This document shows, one piece after another, positions 51,942 through 64,000 of a stretch of DNA of 64,000 bases (positions are counted from its first letter, which is position 1; every line of letters begins with the position of its first letter). Position numbers and translations under genes: made by a program. The DNA comes from Eledone cirrhosa (taxonomy: Eukaryota), in the NCBI GenBank assembly GCA_964016885.1, contig OZ024741.1, forward strand, positions 65,348,001 to 65,412,000. Reading direction: 5' to 3'. Below the pieces are notes generated by a model, which did not search any database, was not told the DNA's origin, and was given only the letters and a program-made list of their open reading frames with translations.

Positions 51942-52360
51942 TGTCAGGAAAGCGAACAGTGTATGAGTCATGACACACACAACACACACACGTGTATGCG
52001 TGTGTATGGAGGGGGAATATCAGATATAGTGTTGGGGAATTTCAGGAAGTATGGAAGTTTTGAAAGATGCAGTGTCCCGACAGCTAACAACAGATACAGG
52101 TAGTTTGTTCCATGCTTCAGCAACCCTGAGCATGAAAATATGTTTCTGAAAGTCTGAGCTGTACTGTTTTCTGACTTTGTAAGCATGTCCACGGGTGTTA
52201 GACTCATGAAATTCAAAAAGGTACTCAAGTTTGTTGTTGGAAAGATTGTTAATAATCTTGTGGATGTTTACCAAATCAGTTACCAGATGTCGGAGCTTTA
52301 ATGTATCCATGCCCAGGGAAACAAGGCGTTCAAAGTATGGTAGATGCCTGATGGACGGTA
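51942..52360 (-). mobile_element. CR1-type LINE 3' end
   Basis: ORF 52020-52310 TLKLRHLVTDL...TRGHAYK...RVAEAWNKLPVSVV...FK, a typical CR1 ORF2 C-terminus. Confidence 0.8.
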
Positions 52361-52429
52361 TTTGTAAATTCTAAAGAGTTACAGAGGGAGATAAATATAC
52401 AAACACATGGTGTATTATGGTTGGTAGTA

Positions 52430-52628
52430 TGAGGGTGGGCTGAAAAGTTCATAGGCTGACAATGAAAAAGTGATGCTAGAACGAACTGTGAAATCTTGCA
52501 TGCATTAATTTCAACTCTTCTGATTAATAATTGCATTGTTTCTTTCCAGAGACTATGTTGAAAAATATACCTCATTTGGTCATTCCAAGAGAGTATCTTG
52601 GTCAGCCTATGAACTTTTCATCCAATCT
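52430..52628. mobile_element. Mariner-type MITE (copy of 31700-31897)
   Basis: gagggtgggctgaaaagttcataggctgac / gtcagcctatgaacttttca. Confidence 0.75.
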
Positions 52629-52767
52629 ATCAGCTGTATTACAGATTACTATTATAACTGGTTAAAATCACGCTTCCCTCCCCCATATCTCACTTTTGGC
52701 CTACTGTTCCTCTTCCCCTGGACATAATGGCCCTTTTGAGTCCTTGAGTTTGAAACCTCTGGCTTAA

Positions 52768-53051
52768 CCCTTTAGCATTCAAACCGGCTGTATCCGACCA
52801 GAATTTTTCACTTGTTTCTATAATAATAATAATGAAATTATTGCATATACTGCTCAGGTGCACTACAACTCATCAAATGTTTCTGTACAAACCGTCTTTA
52901 ACCAGCTATTCATACTGAGGTTAAGGTATTGTTCTCAAATAGATAATATCAAAATCTCGTAGATTCAACATTATGGGAGATAATTATGTAAGATAAAGCC
53001 TTTACATTGAAAATATAATAGTAAATATAGAGTAACATAAATGCTAAAGAA
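52768..53051. mobile_element. piggyBac-like MITE with nested CR1 3' tail (~52820-52877, -)
   Basis: TTAA at 52764-52767 and 53052-53055, TIR ccctttagcatt / aatgctaaagaa. Confidence 0.75.
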
Positions 53052-53597
53052 TTAACTTCATTCTACAGCATAGGTATAGTTTGGTGTAGTCATTGCTGTT
53101 GTTGTTGTTTTTGAGTTCCAGGTGAACCCTGATTAATCAGTCCTACCTATAATCAAAGGCGTTCAAACCATGACTTACCCATTTTTTATGGGTATCAAGA
53201 GCTACATTATCTAATGTACACCTCACTATCACAAGACAACAGAGTGGTATTTGAGGGAGTCTTGGCTGCTATTTCTAAAAGAATAAATAACTAAATAGAA
53301 GCCTCTCATTGGCTTATGGTACAATTCATTCCATATTCACAAGCTGTGAATTACATATTTTCAAATAGCTCTAGTCTTTCATTTAATCCAATGCTAGGTC
53401 TTCAGGAAGTACTTGTGAAAACATTGATTTTCTTTAGGCTAAGAAGAAACCTTATACATACATTAGTAAAATGACTCCATTTTATATATAAGGAAATATA
53501 ATTGAGTAACTGGATACTGTTGGACATAAACCTGTCATTGTAACCAAGCAGTTAAGGCAGTGGGTTCTCAGCCTTTTACCCTCGCTGCTGTCAGTGC

Positions 53598-54034
53598 TTC
53601 TTCTTTTTCTTCTTCTTCTTCTTTTCTTCTTTTCTTCTTTTCTTCTTGTTTTCTTCTTCTTCTCTTCTTCTTGTTTTCTTCTTCTTCTCTTCTTTTCTTT
53701 TCTTCTTTCTTTTCTTCTTCTTTACTTTTCTTCTTTTCTTCTTTTCTTCTTTTCTTTTCTTCTTTTCTTTTCTTCTTTTCTTTTCTTCTTTTCTTTTCTT
53801 TTTCTTCTTTATCTTTTTCCTTTTCATTTTCTTCTTTTTCTTTTCTTTTTCTTTTCTTTTTCTTTTCTTCTTCATTTTCTTCTTTGCCTTATTTTCTTTT
53901 TTCTTTCTTTTTCTTTATCTTTTTCTTCTTTTCTTTTCTTTCTCTTTTTTCTTCTTCTTCTTCTTCTTCTTCTTCTTCTTCTTCTTCTTCTTCTTCTTCT
54001 TTGCCTTCTTCCTCTTTGCCTTCTGTCTTCTTCT
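53598..54034. repeat. Polypyrimidine (CTT/CTTTT)n tract
   Basis: About 430 bp almost purine-free on the + strand. Confidence 0.9.
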
Positions 54035-54405
54035 CAATCCAGCTAGATCTTCAAGCAAAAACAACCCAGCTTATGGGTGTTATCCAACCCTTTTGGTCCA
54101 CCTTAGGATCTCCTGTCAGTTAACTTGCCTGTAAAATCTGTCCAGTGATTCTTTCTTTAGATAATTCTTTTTGGAAAATTGATAATCCTCTGTGTCTCTT
54201 TGTTTTAATAATCCTGTAATGCGTGTTTGATACTTTCCTTGAGGAAAAGTATTGCTCAGTTTTACTTTGTAGTGAATGTTGTGTGGTGCCCCCCCCCCCC
54301 CCCTCCACCACACCTCTTATGTCTATGGCTTATTGTCAGATGGTCATACAGAACTGATTTTGGTTTGCTTTCTACAGCTGGATGTCCTTCCTAATGTCAA
54401 CAACA

Positions 54406-55120
54406 TTTACAGTGTGTACTGGGTACATTTTGTCGTGACACCTACACAACCACTGTACAGTGTGGACTGGGAACATTTTGTCGTGACACCTACACAACCA
54501 CTGTACAGTGTGGACTGGGTACATTTTGTTGTGACACCTACACAACCACTGTACAGTGTGGACTGGGTACATTTTGTCGTGACACCTACATGACTACTTT
54601 ACAGTGTGGACTGGGTGCTCTTTGTCGTGACACCTACATGACCACTGTACAGTCTGTACTGAGTATATTTTGTTGTGACACCTACACAACCACTTTACAG
54701 TGTAGACTGGGTGCTTTCTGTCGTGACACCTACACAACCACTTTAAAGTGTATGCTGGGTGCTTTTTATCATGATACCTTCACAACCACTTTACAGTGTG
54801 GACTGGGTACTTCCTGTCATGACACCTACATGACCACTTTACAGTGTGGGCTGGGGGCTTTTTATCATGACACCGACACAACCACTTTACAGTGTGGACT
54901 GAGTACTTTCTGTTGTGACACCTACATGACCACTTTACAGTGTGGGCTGGGGGCTTTTTGATGTGACACTTACATGAACACTTTACAGTGTGGGCTGGGG
55001 GGCTTTTTGTCATGTCACCTACACAACCACGCTACAGTGTGGGCTGGAAGTATTTTTTAGTGACACCTACATGACCACTTTAAAGTGTAGGCTGGGGTCT
55101 TTTTGTTCTGACACCTACAC
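54406..55120. repeat. 48-bp minisatellite, about 15 units, amplified from inside a dispersed repeat
   Basis: Unit t(g/t)tacagtgtggactgggtacattttgtcgtgacacctacacaaccac. Preceded by gctggatgtccttcctaatgtcaac, as in the single-unit copies at ~15012-15125 and ~59360-59430. Confidence 0.85.
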
Positions 55121-55444
55121 AAGTATATATGGTAATTGTGTTTGCCATTCCTTACAATTCTTTTTTTTGCAGACTCTATATATGGGGTGGTATGGGACAC
55201 CATAATCATTTAAGTGCTTTAGGCCTCAAAAAGGACTTAATCCCATTATGGGTTAGCAGATCTATGACTAAAGATCAATTCCAGCTGTGAACGTCCGAGT
55301 TTTTGTTTTTTTTGTCTTAGGAATTTACAGTATTCAATAAGGCCTTCATTCTTTGAAACAATGGGGTGGGATTTGAGGGAGATTTGGCTGCTATTTCTAT
55401 CAAATATTATATATTTAAAGCTGTATATAGCTATTTGCATCAAC

Positions 55445-55735
55445 AGTCTGGAACCCTTATCTTGCTCAGAACATTGACCTCCTGGAAACTGTTCAGAGAC
55501 GTGCAACCAAACTACCTGTATCAGTTGTTAGCTGCCAGGACACTGCGTCCTTTAAAACCTCCATGCTTCTTGAAATTCCCCAACACTATACCTGATATCC
55601 CCCCTCCATATACACACATGTATATCATAACTCACACACTGTTCACTTTCCTGACATTATTCTATGTACTATACATGCACCTTTGATGAGTTGTAGTGCA
55701 CCTGAGCACTGTACACAATAATTTCATTATTATTT
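55445..55735 (+). mobile_element. CR1-type LINE 3' end with internal deletion
   Basis: PYLAQNIDLLETVQRRATK joined directly to LPVSVVSCQDTASFK...QHYT*, followed by the family 3' tail. Confidence 0.75.
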
Positions 55736-55849
55736 TTTAAAATTATTATTTCTACCAGAGCCAAAACAACAACAAAAAACAGGTCATTCATTGTATTGTT
55801 TTTGTTTAATCTTTTTCTCAATCTAACTTTATTTTCTCTATTCATTTTG

Positions 55850-56929
55850 TGTGTGTATGTATATGTACATGTATGTATGCTTACATATATGTATGTATTT
55901 TTGTATGTATTTATGTATGTATGTATGTATGTATGTATGTATGTATGTATGTATGCATGTATGCATGCATGTATGTATGTATGTATGTATTTATGTATGT
56001 ATGTATGCCTGTATGTATGTATGCCTGTATGTATGTATGTATGTATGTATGTATGCCTGTATGTATACATACATACATACATACAGGCATACATACATAC
56101 ATAAATACAGGCATACATACAGGCATACATACATAAATACATACATGCATGCATGCATGCATACATAAATACATACAAAAATACATACATATATGTAAGC
56201 ATACATACATGTACATATACATACATAACGTATATACATACATACATGCCTGTATGTATGTATGCCTGTATGTATGTATGTATGTCTGTATGTATGTATG
56301 CCTGTATGTATGTATTTATGTATGTATGTATGCATGTATGCCTGTATGTATGTATGCATGTATGTAAGCATGTATGCATTTATGTATGTATGTATGTATG
56401 TCTGTATGTATGTATGTATGTATGTATGTATGTATGTATGTATGCCTGCATGTATGCATGTATGTATGTATTTATGTATGCCTGTATGTATGTATGTATG
56501 CATGCATGCATGTATGTATGTATGTATGTATGTATGCCTCTATATATGCCTGTATGTATGCCTGTATGTATGTATGTATGTATGTATGTATGTATGCATT
56601 TATGTATGTATGTATGCCTGTATGTAAGTATGTATGTATGTATGTATGCATGTATGTATGTATGCACGCATGTATGTATGTATGTATATATGCTTGTATG
56701 TATGCCTGTATGCCTGTATGTATGTATGTATGTATGTATGTATGCCTGTATGTATGTATGTATGCCTGTATGTATGTATGTATGTATGTATGTATGTATG
56801 CATGCATATATGTATGTATGTATGTATGCCTGTATGTATGTATGTATGCATATATGTATGTATACATGTATGTATACATGTATGTATTTATGTATGTATG
56901 TATGTATGTATGTATGTATGTATGTATGT
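55850..56929. repeat. ~1.1-kb degenerate (TATG)n array with an internally inverted block (about 56067-56245)
   Basis: Direct inspection. Source of the spurious MYVC/HTYI ORFs. Confidence 0.9.
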
Positions 56930-58026
56930 GCAATCATCCCATTCACTCAGTTATCAACCCACTTAACCCTCCTTCTCCCAATCTCCCTCTCTCTTTCTCT
57001 TCCACTCTCTCCCTATATATGTGTATATCTATCCAGTTATCTATATATCTGTCTCTCTCTATTCCTACTAAGTTGGCAAATTGAGATAAATAAGACCCAA
57101 TAGACAAATTGATAACAAAAACCAATATATAGGATCAGTAAAATAGGTCAACCAGGAGGAATATATAAGATTTTACATATCTCTCTTCCTTTCTCTCTCT
57201 CTCTTACCCCTTCTCTTTCTCCCACTCTCTCTCCCCCTTTTTCTTCTCTCTTTCTCTCTTCTCCCTTTCCCCATCTCCTTCTCTAAGCTCTCATTTTCTG
57301 ACTTTCTCTCTGCTCTTCTCTCTTCCTCAGTTGCTCCCCTCTCTCTCTCTCTCTCTATCTCTATCTATCTATCTATCTCTCTCTCTCACACATACACAAA
57401 TATATCAACACACACATGCATACACATAGATATAAAAATAAACAAAAAATATTGACACACAAACAAATATACCCCACCCCCCTCCGTTTTTGTCTTGTCT
57501 TTCTTTCTATTTTCTCTCTCCTTTGTTTATATACACAAGAACACACATACACTCTAGAACACACATACACACATAAGAACACACATACACCCTCACACAG
57601 AGAGGGAGCGTTTACATGGCCACGTGCCCTGCTAAAAATAGCAACCAAATCTACAAAAGAAAAACAAAAAAAACCTATTCCCTATCATCTTCAAAAAGGT
57701 CATGTTGGAAATCAACAGCAAAGTTATGGTTGGAACGCCTTTGATCATATATCTGCTTCATTAAGTTTGTGCAAAACACTTCATTTCATGTTGCTCCAGT
57801 ATACTCAGCAGAAAATGAGTACCAGCAATAGGGGAGTCATGTACTCTCAGTTGCTTCATACCATAAAACCAGGATAAGCACCGGCCTAATGAGCCTGCTG
57901 ACTTAAGACAGACTTTACTGGGTATAAACAACAATAACAACAATAGCAACATAGACATTAACATTCCCACAAATATGCTTACACTTTACCTTCTTTCCTA
58001 TCTCTCTCTCTATCCTTGTACTCTTC

Positions 58027-58418
58027 ATTATTTACACTGGATTGGCAGTATCGGTAGAGGGTCGGACGCCATGCTTTGACGCATAGAGTTATGGCCCTTG
58101 CCATTCTGAGTTGAAATTCCGCCGAGATTAACTTTGCCTTTCATCCTTACGGGGTCGATAAAATAAAGTACCAGTAATGTACTGGGTAATTGCTGGCCTT
58201 GTGCCAATAGTAGAAACAATTATTTACACTGGATTGGCAGTATCGGTAGAGGGTCGGACGCCATGCTTTGACGCATAGAGTTATGGCCCTTGCCATTCTG
58301 AGTTGAAATTCCGCCGAGGTTAACTTTGCCTTTCATCCTTACGGGGTCGATAAAATAAAGTACCAGTAATACACTGGGTAATTGCTGGCCTTGTGCCAAA
58401 AGTAGAAACAATTATTTA
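58027..58418 (+). mobile_element. Near-identical head-to-tail SINE dimer (192-bp unit)
   Basis: Two units differ at only a few positions. attatttac occurs at both ends and at the junction. Confidence 0.88.
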
Positions 58419-58660
58419 CTCATACACATAGTTACATGCATACATACACACACTTAGATATAAGATATACATATAAATATATTTCTCACTTCACACTCTT
58501 TTCTCTCTTTCTTTCTTTTTCTCATTCACCTCCTTCCAACAACCACACAATATCTACACACACACACACACATATATATTAATCTTATGCGTGTACTCCA
58601 AATGAATTTGTGCAAATTGTAAACAACGAAATTGAAATCACTAGATATTGATCGAAACCC

Positions 58661-58717
<57 letters not shown>

Positions 58718-59504
58718 ATCATCATCATCGTTTAATGTCATATATATATATATAGACATAGAAATAAACATACATACACAGATATAAAATCATATGCATG
58801 AAATATAGGGATACACATATGCACAGATAGCTATATATCTCTTTCACTCTCTTCTACCCCACCACACCCCACTCTTTCTTTTACTCTCTCTTTCTCTTTC
58901 TTTCTTATTCATATAGATATTAAACATATTGATTATCCATTTTTCTGCTGTTGTGGATCCACTGCTGGATGAAGTTTTTGCATGCAGTTGCTTGCTTTCC
59001 TATACTCATTGTAGACCTACCTTTCCAAACTGGTAAATTGTTGGTTGGACAGAGTGTTTTCATGGTTGGGGCATTATCCCAGACCATTTGTAGCTATATA
59101 CTTATGGGTTGAAGGAGAAGTATATATATATACTGAGCGAAGTGGAGGAAAAAAGTAAGAGCTACAGTTATGTGTACATACACACACAGAAATATAACAT
59201 AAGTATATATACTCCGTTCTCTTTCACACCAGTCACTCATTCTCTTAGATATTATTGTATGCAGATGTGTATGGGCGTATGAGTATGTGTGTATGAGTAT
59301 GAGTATGTATCATCATATCATCAATTTTACATGTCTTTCTTGCTATCATGGGTTCTATGGCTGGATGCCCTTTCTAACATCAACTCCATTACAGTGTGTA
59401 CTAGGTTCATTTTATCATGGTACCAGCATTAGAGTAGTTGTCCAGTTCTTGACATAACTACAGTCCTCTCTACATTATCTCTTTTTGATTATCAACCACT
59501 TTAA

Positions 59505-59712
59505 CCCTTTAGCATTTACATTACTCTATATTTACTATTGCATTTTTGTGGTAAAGGCTTTATCTCACATAATATCGAATCTATGAGATTTTGATATTAT
59601 TTATTTTGAGAACAATATCATAACATAAGTATGAGTGGCCAATTATGGCTGGTTTGAACTGAAAGAGATGAGAGAATTTTGGCTGGATACAACCGGTTTA
59701 AATACTAAAGGC
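59505..59712. mobile_element. piggyBac-like MITE, opposite orientation, uninterrupted
   Basis: TTAA at 59501-59504 and 59713-59716, TIR ccctttagcattt / aaatactaaaggc. Confidence 0.78.
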
Positions 59713-61189
59713 TTAAAGACAGTACCAAGTGAATTTTATCATAGCAGCAGCATTAGAGAAGTTACCTTGTCCACTTCAAAGCAAATAAAGAATTGTTCAC
59801 CCTATGCAGTCTGTTCTTTTAAAGCAAACATGACTGAAAGGGTGGTTAGAGGGGAATAATGAGCCTATGATTTAGGTGTGAAGAGGAAAACAGAGTGATA
59901 GGATGGTAAGGGAAGGAGAATGACAGTGATAGCTACATGCTGGTTGTTGGTAGTGAGTAAGAGGTTGAGTATAAAAACAGCATGAGCAATGTGATGGGAT
60001 ACCAATAGAGATTTGTCATGGTAGGCAAGAATGATAAGTGGATAGTACAGAGAGGTGACAGTGGTAGATGTCAGCTATGAGTTTCATGTGGAAAATAACA
60101 TGATGGCTAGCAGTAGAGTTATGGGCGTCATCATATATGATAAAATGAACCCAGTGGGTGTGGTAAATAACAAGGACCTTAATAAGGTTTACTTAAGTAG
60201 CAGAAACTAGAAGGAGTGATTGTCTCTGCTAGTTTTAATGATGTCTACTCCTGTGCATCTATATAAATATATCGATCGATCAACCAACAAAATCCCAGAC
60301 CATATTCGTTTCCCAAGTGTGGTGAAACTCGTCAAGGAAACAATGTTACCATTGTTTTTTCGATTGCTGATATTATCTACTGGTTGTAACTCCTGGCAGA
60401 AAGAACAGCATGAAATAAAATGTCTTACTCAAAGATATAACGCTTCATCTGGTCTGGGAATCAAACTCACAACCTCAAGATTGTGAATCCAATTCTCTAA
60501 CTACACCTAAAATATCTCTTCTGTATAAGTCTATCTGTAATCCCACTACACTTATATCAGAAATGAAAATTATTCCAAAATAAACAATAAAAGATGTAGA
60601 TAGTTGTTCACATTCAGCAGTAACCAGTTCATCAGTATGTAAAAACGACATTGAGATGAACACCAACAAGATGAAGGAAGAGATGGTAGAGGTCATGGGC
60701 AGTATGGCATTAATTCTTTCAACAGGGACTGTTTTTGTTTTTCTTCTGGACAAGTTTTGACATCATCTGTGACATTTTTTTGCCTGTCTCTGGAGTATAC
60801 AATAGAGACAGTGAATTATCAAAGTCATTAGAACATGCTATAAAGTCGTTGGTGTTAAGAAAGGCATCCAGCCATAGAAAGGGCATCCAGCCATAGAAAG
60901 CTTGCCAAACAAGAAGTTAGGAGACCTTTCAGTTTGTGACAAAAGACATGACAACTTCTCTACATTTGATATGACCATATGTAAGTGGGATACAAACCTC
61001 TTGGCCTGTCTGGAAGGTTAGTAGCCCTGCTTCAGTACTGACTTGGTCTATGCAGACCCGTCCAAACCCTTGCTAGCAGGGAAAGCAGACATTAAATAAT
61101 GATAATGATAACATCAGATAGAATGCTTTTCAGTATTTGTTCCAGCACACTACACTCATAATGGGGACAGAAAAATTAGTACCCAGTTA

Positions 61190-61375
61190 CAGACCTGTCA
61201 ACTCTCCCTGTCTGATGGTGGGATCTCCTACCCACATTGGGATGGGTGAGAGATGTCTTCTCTTGTGAAAATGGGTATAGCTTTCTTTATGTAAAATCTC
61301 CCCATTTTGCCTCATTTCTCCACGTTTTGGGGCACTTTTTATCCCCGTTTGGGTTTCCAGAGGTTGGCAGGTCTG
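61190..61375. mobile_element. hAT-like MITE with 6-bp TSD
   Basis: TIR cagacctgtcaac / gttggcaggtctg, TSD cagtta on both sides. Confidence 0.82.
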
Positions 61376-62711
61376 CAGTTATGATCCATAGTTATATTAT
61401 TGAGTGAGCTAAATATGATAAATTTTATCAGTTTTTGGTGATGTATTGAGTTTACCTAACATTTATAGAATATAAACCTATCACAGTAGTGATACTCATT
61501 GATGGCATTGGAAATCAACATTTACTGTCACTCTCTGAACTATTATTCAGTTTATCTGACATCTGGCTTAACAGGGTCTGATTTAATGAGTGTTTACTTT
61601 ATAGACTTACATACATAAGTACACGTCCATGAACATACATCAATATATGCACACATATACACATACATATCTATATATAAATACAAGTTACTTGGTCCAG
61701 CCCTTGCTAGTAGGGAAAGCAGATGTTAAAATGATGATGATAGTGATATCTTTTTAGTTTTACATTCACACACACACACAAACACTTGCATAGAGACATA
61801 CTCACATACATACAAATCTAAATATAAATACTTGCTATCTTTGTATTTTTACACACACAGAAATTTTAATATAAATGAGTGTTACTTGTTATCATTTTAG
61901 TTTTACACACACAGACAGATCTATATATCTACTTATATATACTTATACACGCATATTACTTGCTATCTTTTAAGTTTCGCATACACACACACACTGACAC
62001 ACAAACATACACACAAACACACATGGATCTATTTATAGAAAGGCAGTAATCTGAAATAAGAACTGATTTGAACCGTGACAACCTGTCCGACTTATTCCAA
62101 CATGGCAACTGGACGCAAAATGGTGATGGTGTTTGTTACCTTTTTAGTTTCATAAACACACATATACTAACACACAAATATACACGCATAGCCACACATG
62201 CACACATATATACACACATACCCACACATACACACAAATATACACACAGGAAAATACTAACACACAAATATATATACCTATCCACACATACACAGATCTG
62301 TATATATAAATAGCTTACTTGTTATTTTTTTAGTTTTACAAACACTCACACACAAATACAAACACGTACACACACACACACAGAAGCATACATATGCAAA
62401 TACATACATGCAAATACACACACAATTATGTATAAAAACAAGTTACTTACTATCTTTTTAGTTGCACGCATACACACGCACATGTAAACACACATGCCCA
62501 CACACAAATACAGATGCATACACATACATACATATTCACAGATCTATATTTAAATGCAGGTTATTCTCTATCTTCACACACACACCCACACACACACACA
62601 TATGCAAACACACATTCAAAAACACACACACACGTGCAAACACACACACATACACATACAAACACACACATGGAAACACACACACACATGCAAACACTCT
62701 CACACACACAT

Positions 62712-63056
62712 GGAATGGAATGGTCTTTCATCAGTTTCAATGACGAGTGTTCCAGTTATTTAATCAATAGAGCAGCCTACTCATGAAATTGATACGTAAG
62801 TGACTGAGCATTCTTCAGTCATATGTATCCTTAACGTAATTCTCAGCAAGGTTCAGCAAAATGCTGTGGGTAACATGAGTGACCCTATGAATTACAGGTA
62901 CTCTCCATCTGATAGGCTTCCAAACAGTTTCCATCTACTCAACTTCATTTCCAAGTCATAGGTTAGTAACTGACACTTGCCCAAGTTGCCACACAATGGG
63001 ATTGAACCCAGGAACTAATGATTGCAAAGTGCACTCCGTAACCATTTGGCCATGCT
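62712..63056 (-). mobile_element. Old composite SINE (same layout as 14258-14600)
   Basis: gggttcaatccc B box, cttgggcaagtgtc, ggaaactgtttggaagcc and shared tail. Confidence 0.6.
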
Positions 63057-64000
63057 GCATCTATACCTCCCCCCCCCACATACATACCCTCACCGTACAC
63101 ACATGCACACAATTACACTTACACATACATATACATATGCTCACTCATTAAGACTACTCTTATATTAATCTAATCTGCAAGATTTAGAGTTCACACTTAT
63201 TACTTATTGATCTTGTCTTAATTAATCATCTATTTGTTTATTTATTTGTTTATTCAAATATAACTTGAGAGATTATCTAGCCAAGGTCAACTTTGCAGGT
63301 TGTCCCTCTAGGGTTGATAAAATAAGTACCAAACAAGAACTGGAGTTGATATAATCAACTGTTCCCTCCCACTAAATTTTTGGCCTTGGAAGAGCATCCA
63401 GTGGTTTCCAAACTCTTACCATGGAAAAGTTGCTGTAAAAATGATGATGATGATGATGATAATGATGTACCTTTGTAAGAAATTGAGGATGGTGGATTGG
63501 CAGAATCATTAAAGCATGAGACAAAATGCCTTGCAGTGTTTGTGCTGGCTCTTTACATTCTGAGTTCAAATCCTGTCAACATCAACTTTGCCTTTCATCC
63601 TTCTGGGCTTAATAAAATAAAGTACTAGCCAAGTACTGTGATCGATTTTATTGACCCCCCTCTCCCTAATTGATGACTATATGCCTAAACTAAAAACCAT
63701 TATATGTGTTATTAGTGGTGGTGGTGGTGGTGGTGGTGATGTTTGTGGTGTTAAACTGAGTGCTTGATTTTGTCTACCACCAAAGCAATTACCGTATTTG
63801 ATGGCTTATAATATCTATGGACTTATAAGATGCACCTCAATTTGGGCAAGCATTAAAATAAATGAGTTAAACTACGACTGTCAAGTGGAGGGTATAACAT
63901 TTGTACATCGTATTTTTTATTATCATTCTACATTGCAATTCTAGTTGTAATATTTTAGTACATTTCGAAAACATAAGGAAGTGTGAAAATAAATTTATTT

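Noticed and set aside
53560-54134. Phe/Ser/Leu-rich and Lys-rich ORFs resembling membrane or basic proteins
   Set aside because: Translations of a (CTT)n-type tract.
54406-55120. CRISPR-like appearance of regularly spaced repeats
   Set aside because: Units are contiguous with no unique spacers, no cas genes are present, and the context is eukaryotic.
55669-57103. Long ORFs (up to 316 aa) of MYVC/HTYI repeats
   Set aside because: Translations of a (TATG)n microsatellite. The same applies to the YI, CV, SL and HT ORFs throughout the window.
60475-60753. 92-aa hydrophobic ORF
   Set aside because: No recognisable motif or splice signals, and it ends in an old SINE head. Probably decayed repeat.

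Overview
AT-rich, microsatellite-laden animal genomic DNA. The repeat complement (tRNA-headed SINE families, Penelope-like elements, (TA)n/(CA)n/(TATG)n tracts) resembles octopod cephalopod DNA; the species call is inference. The window is mostly intron and intergenic sequence. Host-gene evidence is limited to a probable first coding exon on the minus strand (16396-16617, with TATA/Inr-like motifs upstream) and a weaker candidate terminal exon (46147-46364). Mobile DNA dominates: several Penelope-like retroelements (one with an uninterrupted 540-codon RT+GIY-YIG ORF), a GC-rich CRE-type non-LTR element, a Chapaev3-type DNA transposon with TIRs and a TTA TSD, hAT, piggyBac-like, mariner and Tigger-like MITEs, CR1, RTE and Gypsy remnants, and more than 25 SINE copies. 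The most striking pattern is that Penelope-type elements sit in (TA)n tracts, carry minimal hammerhead-ribozyme motifs near their 3' ends, and repeatedly occur as fold-back palindromes. These range from 60 bp hairpins to a ~3.4 kb palindrome centred on a 4-nt spacer inside the RT gene. Most ORFs in the supplied track are microsatellite artefacts.
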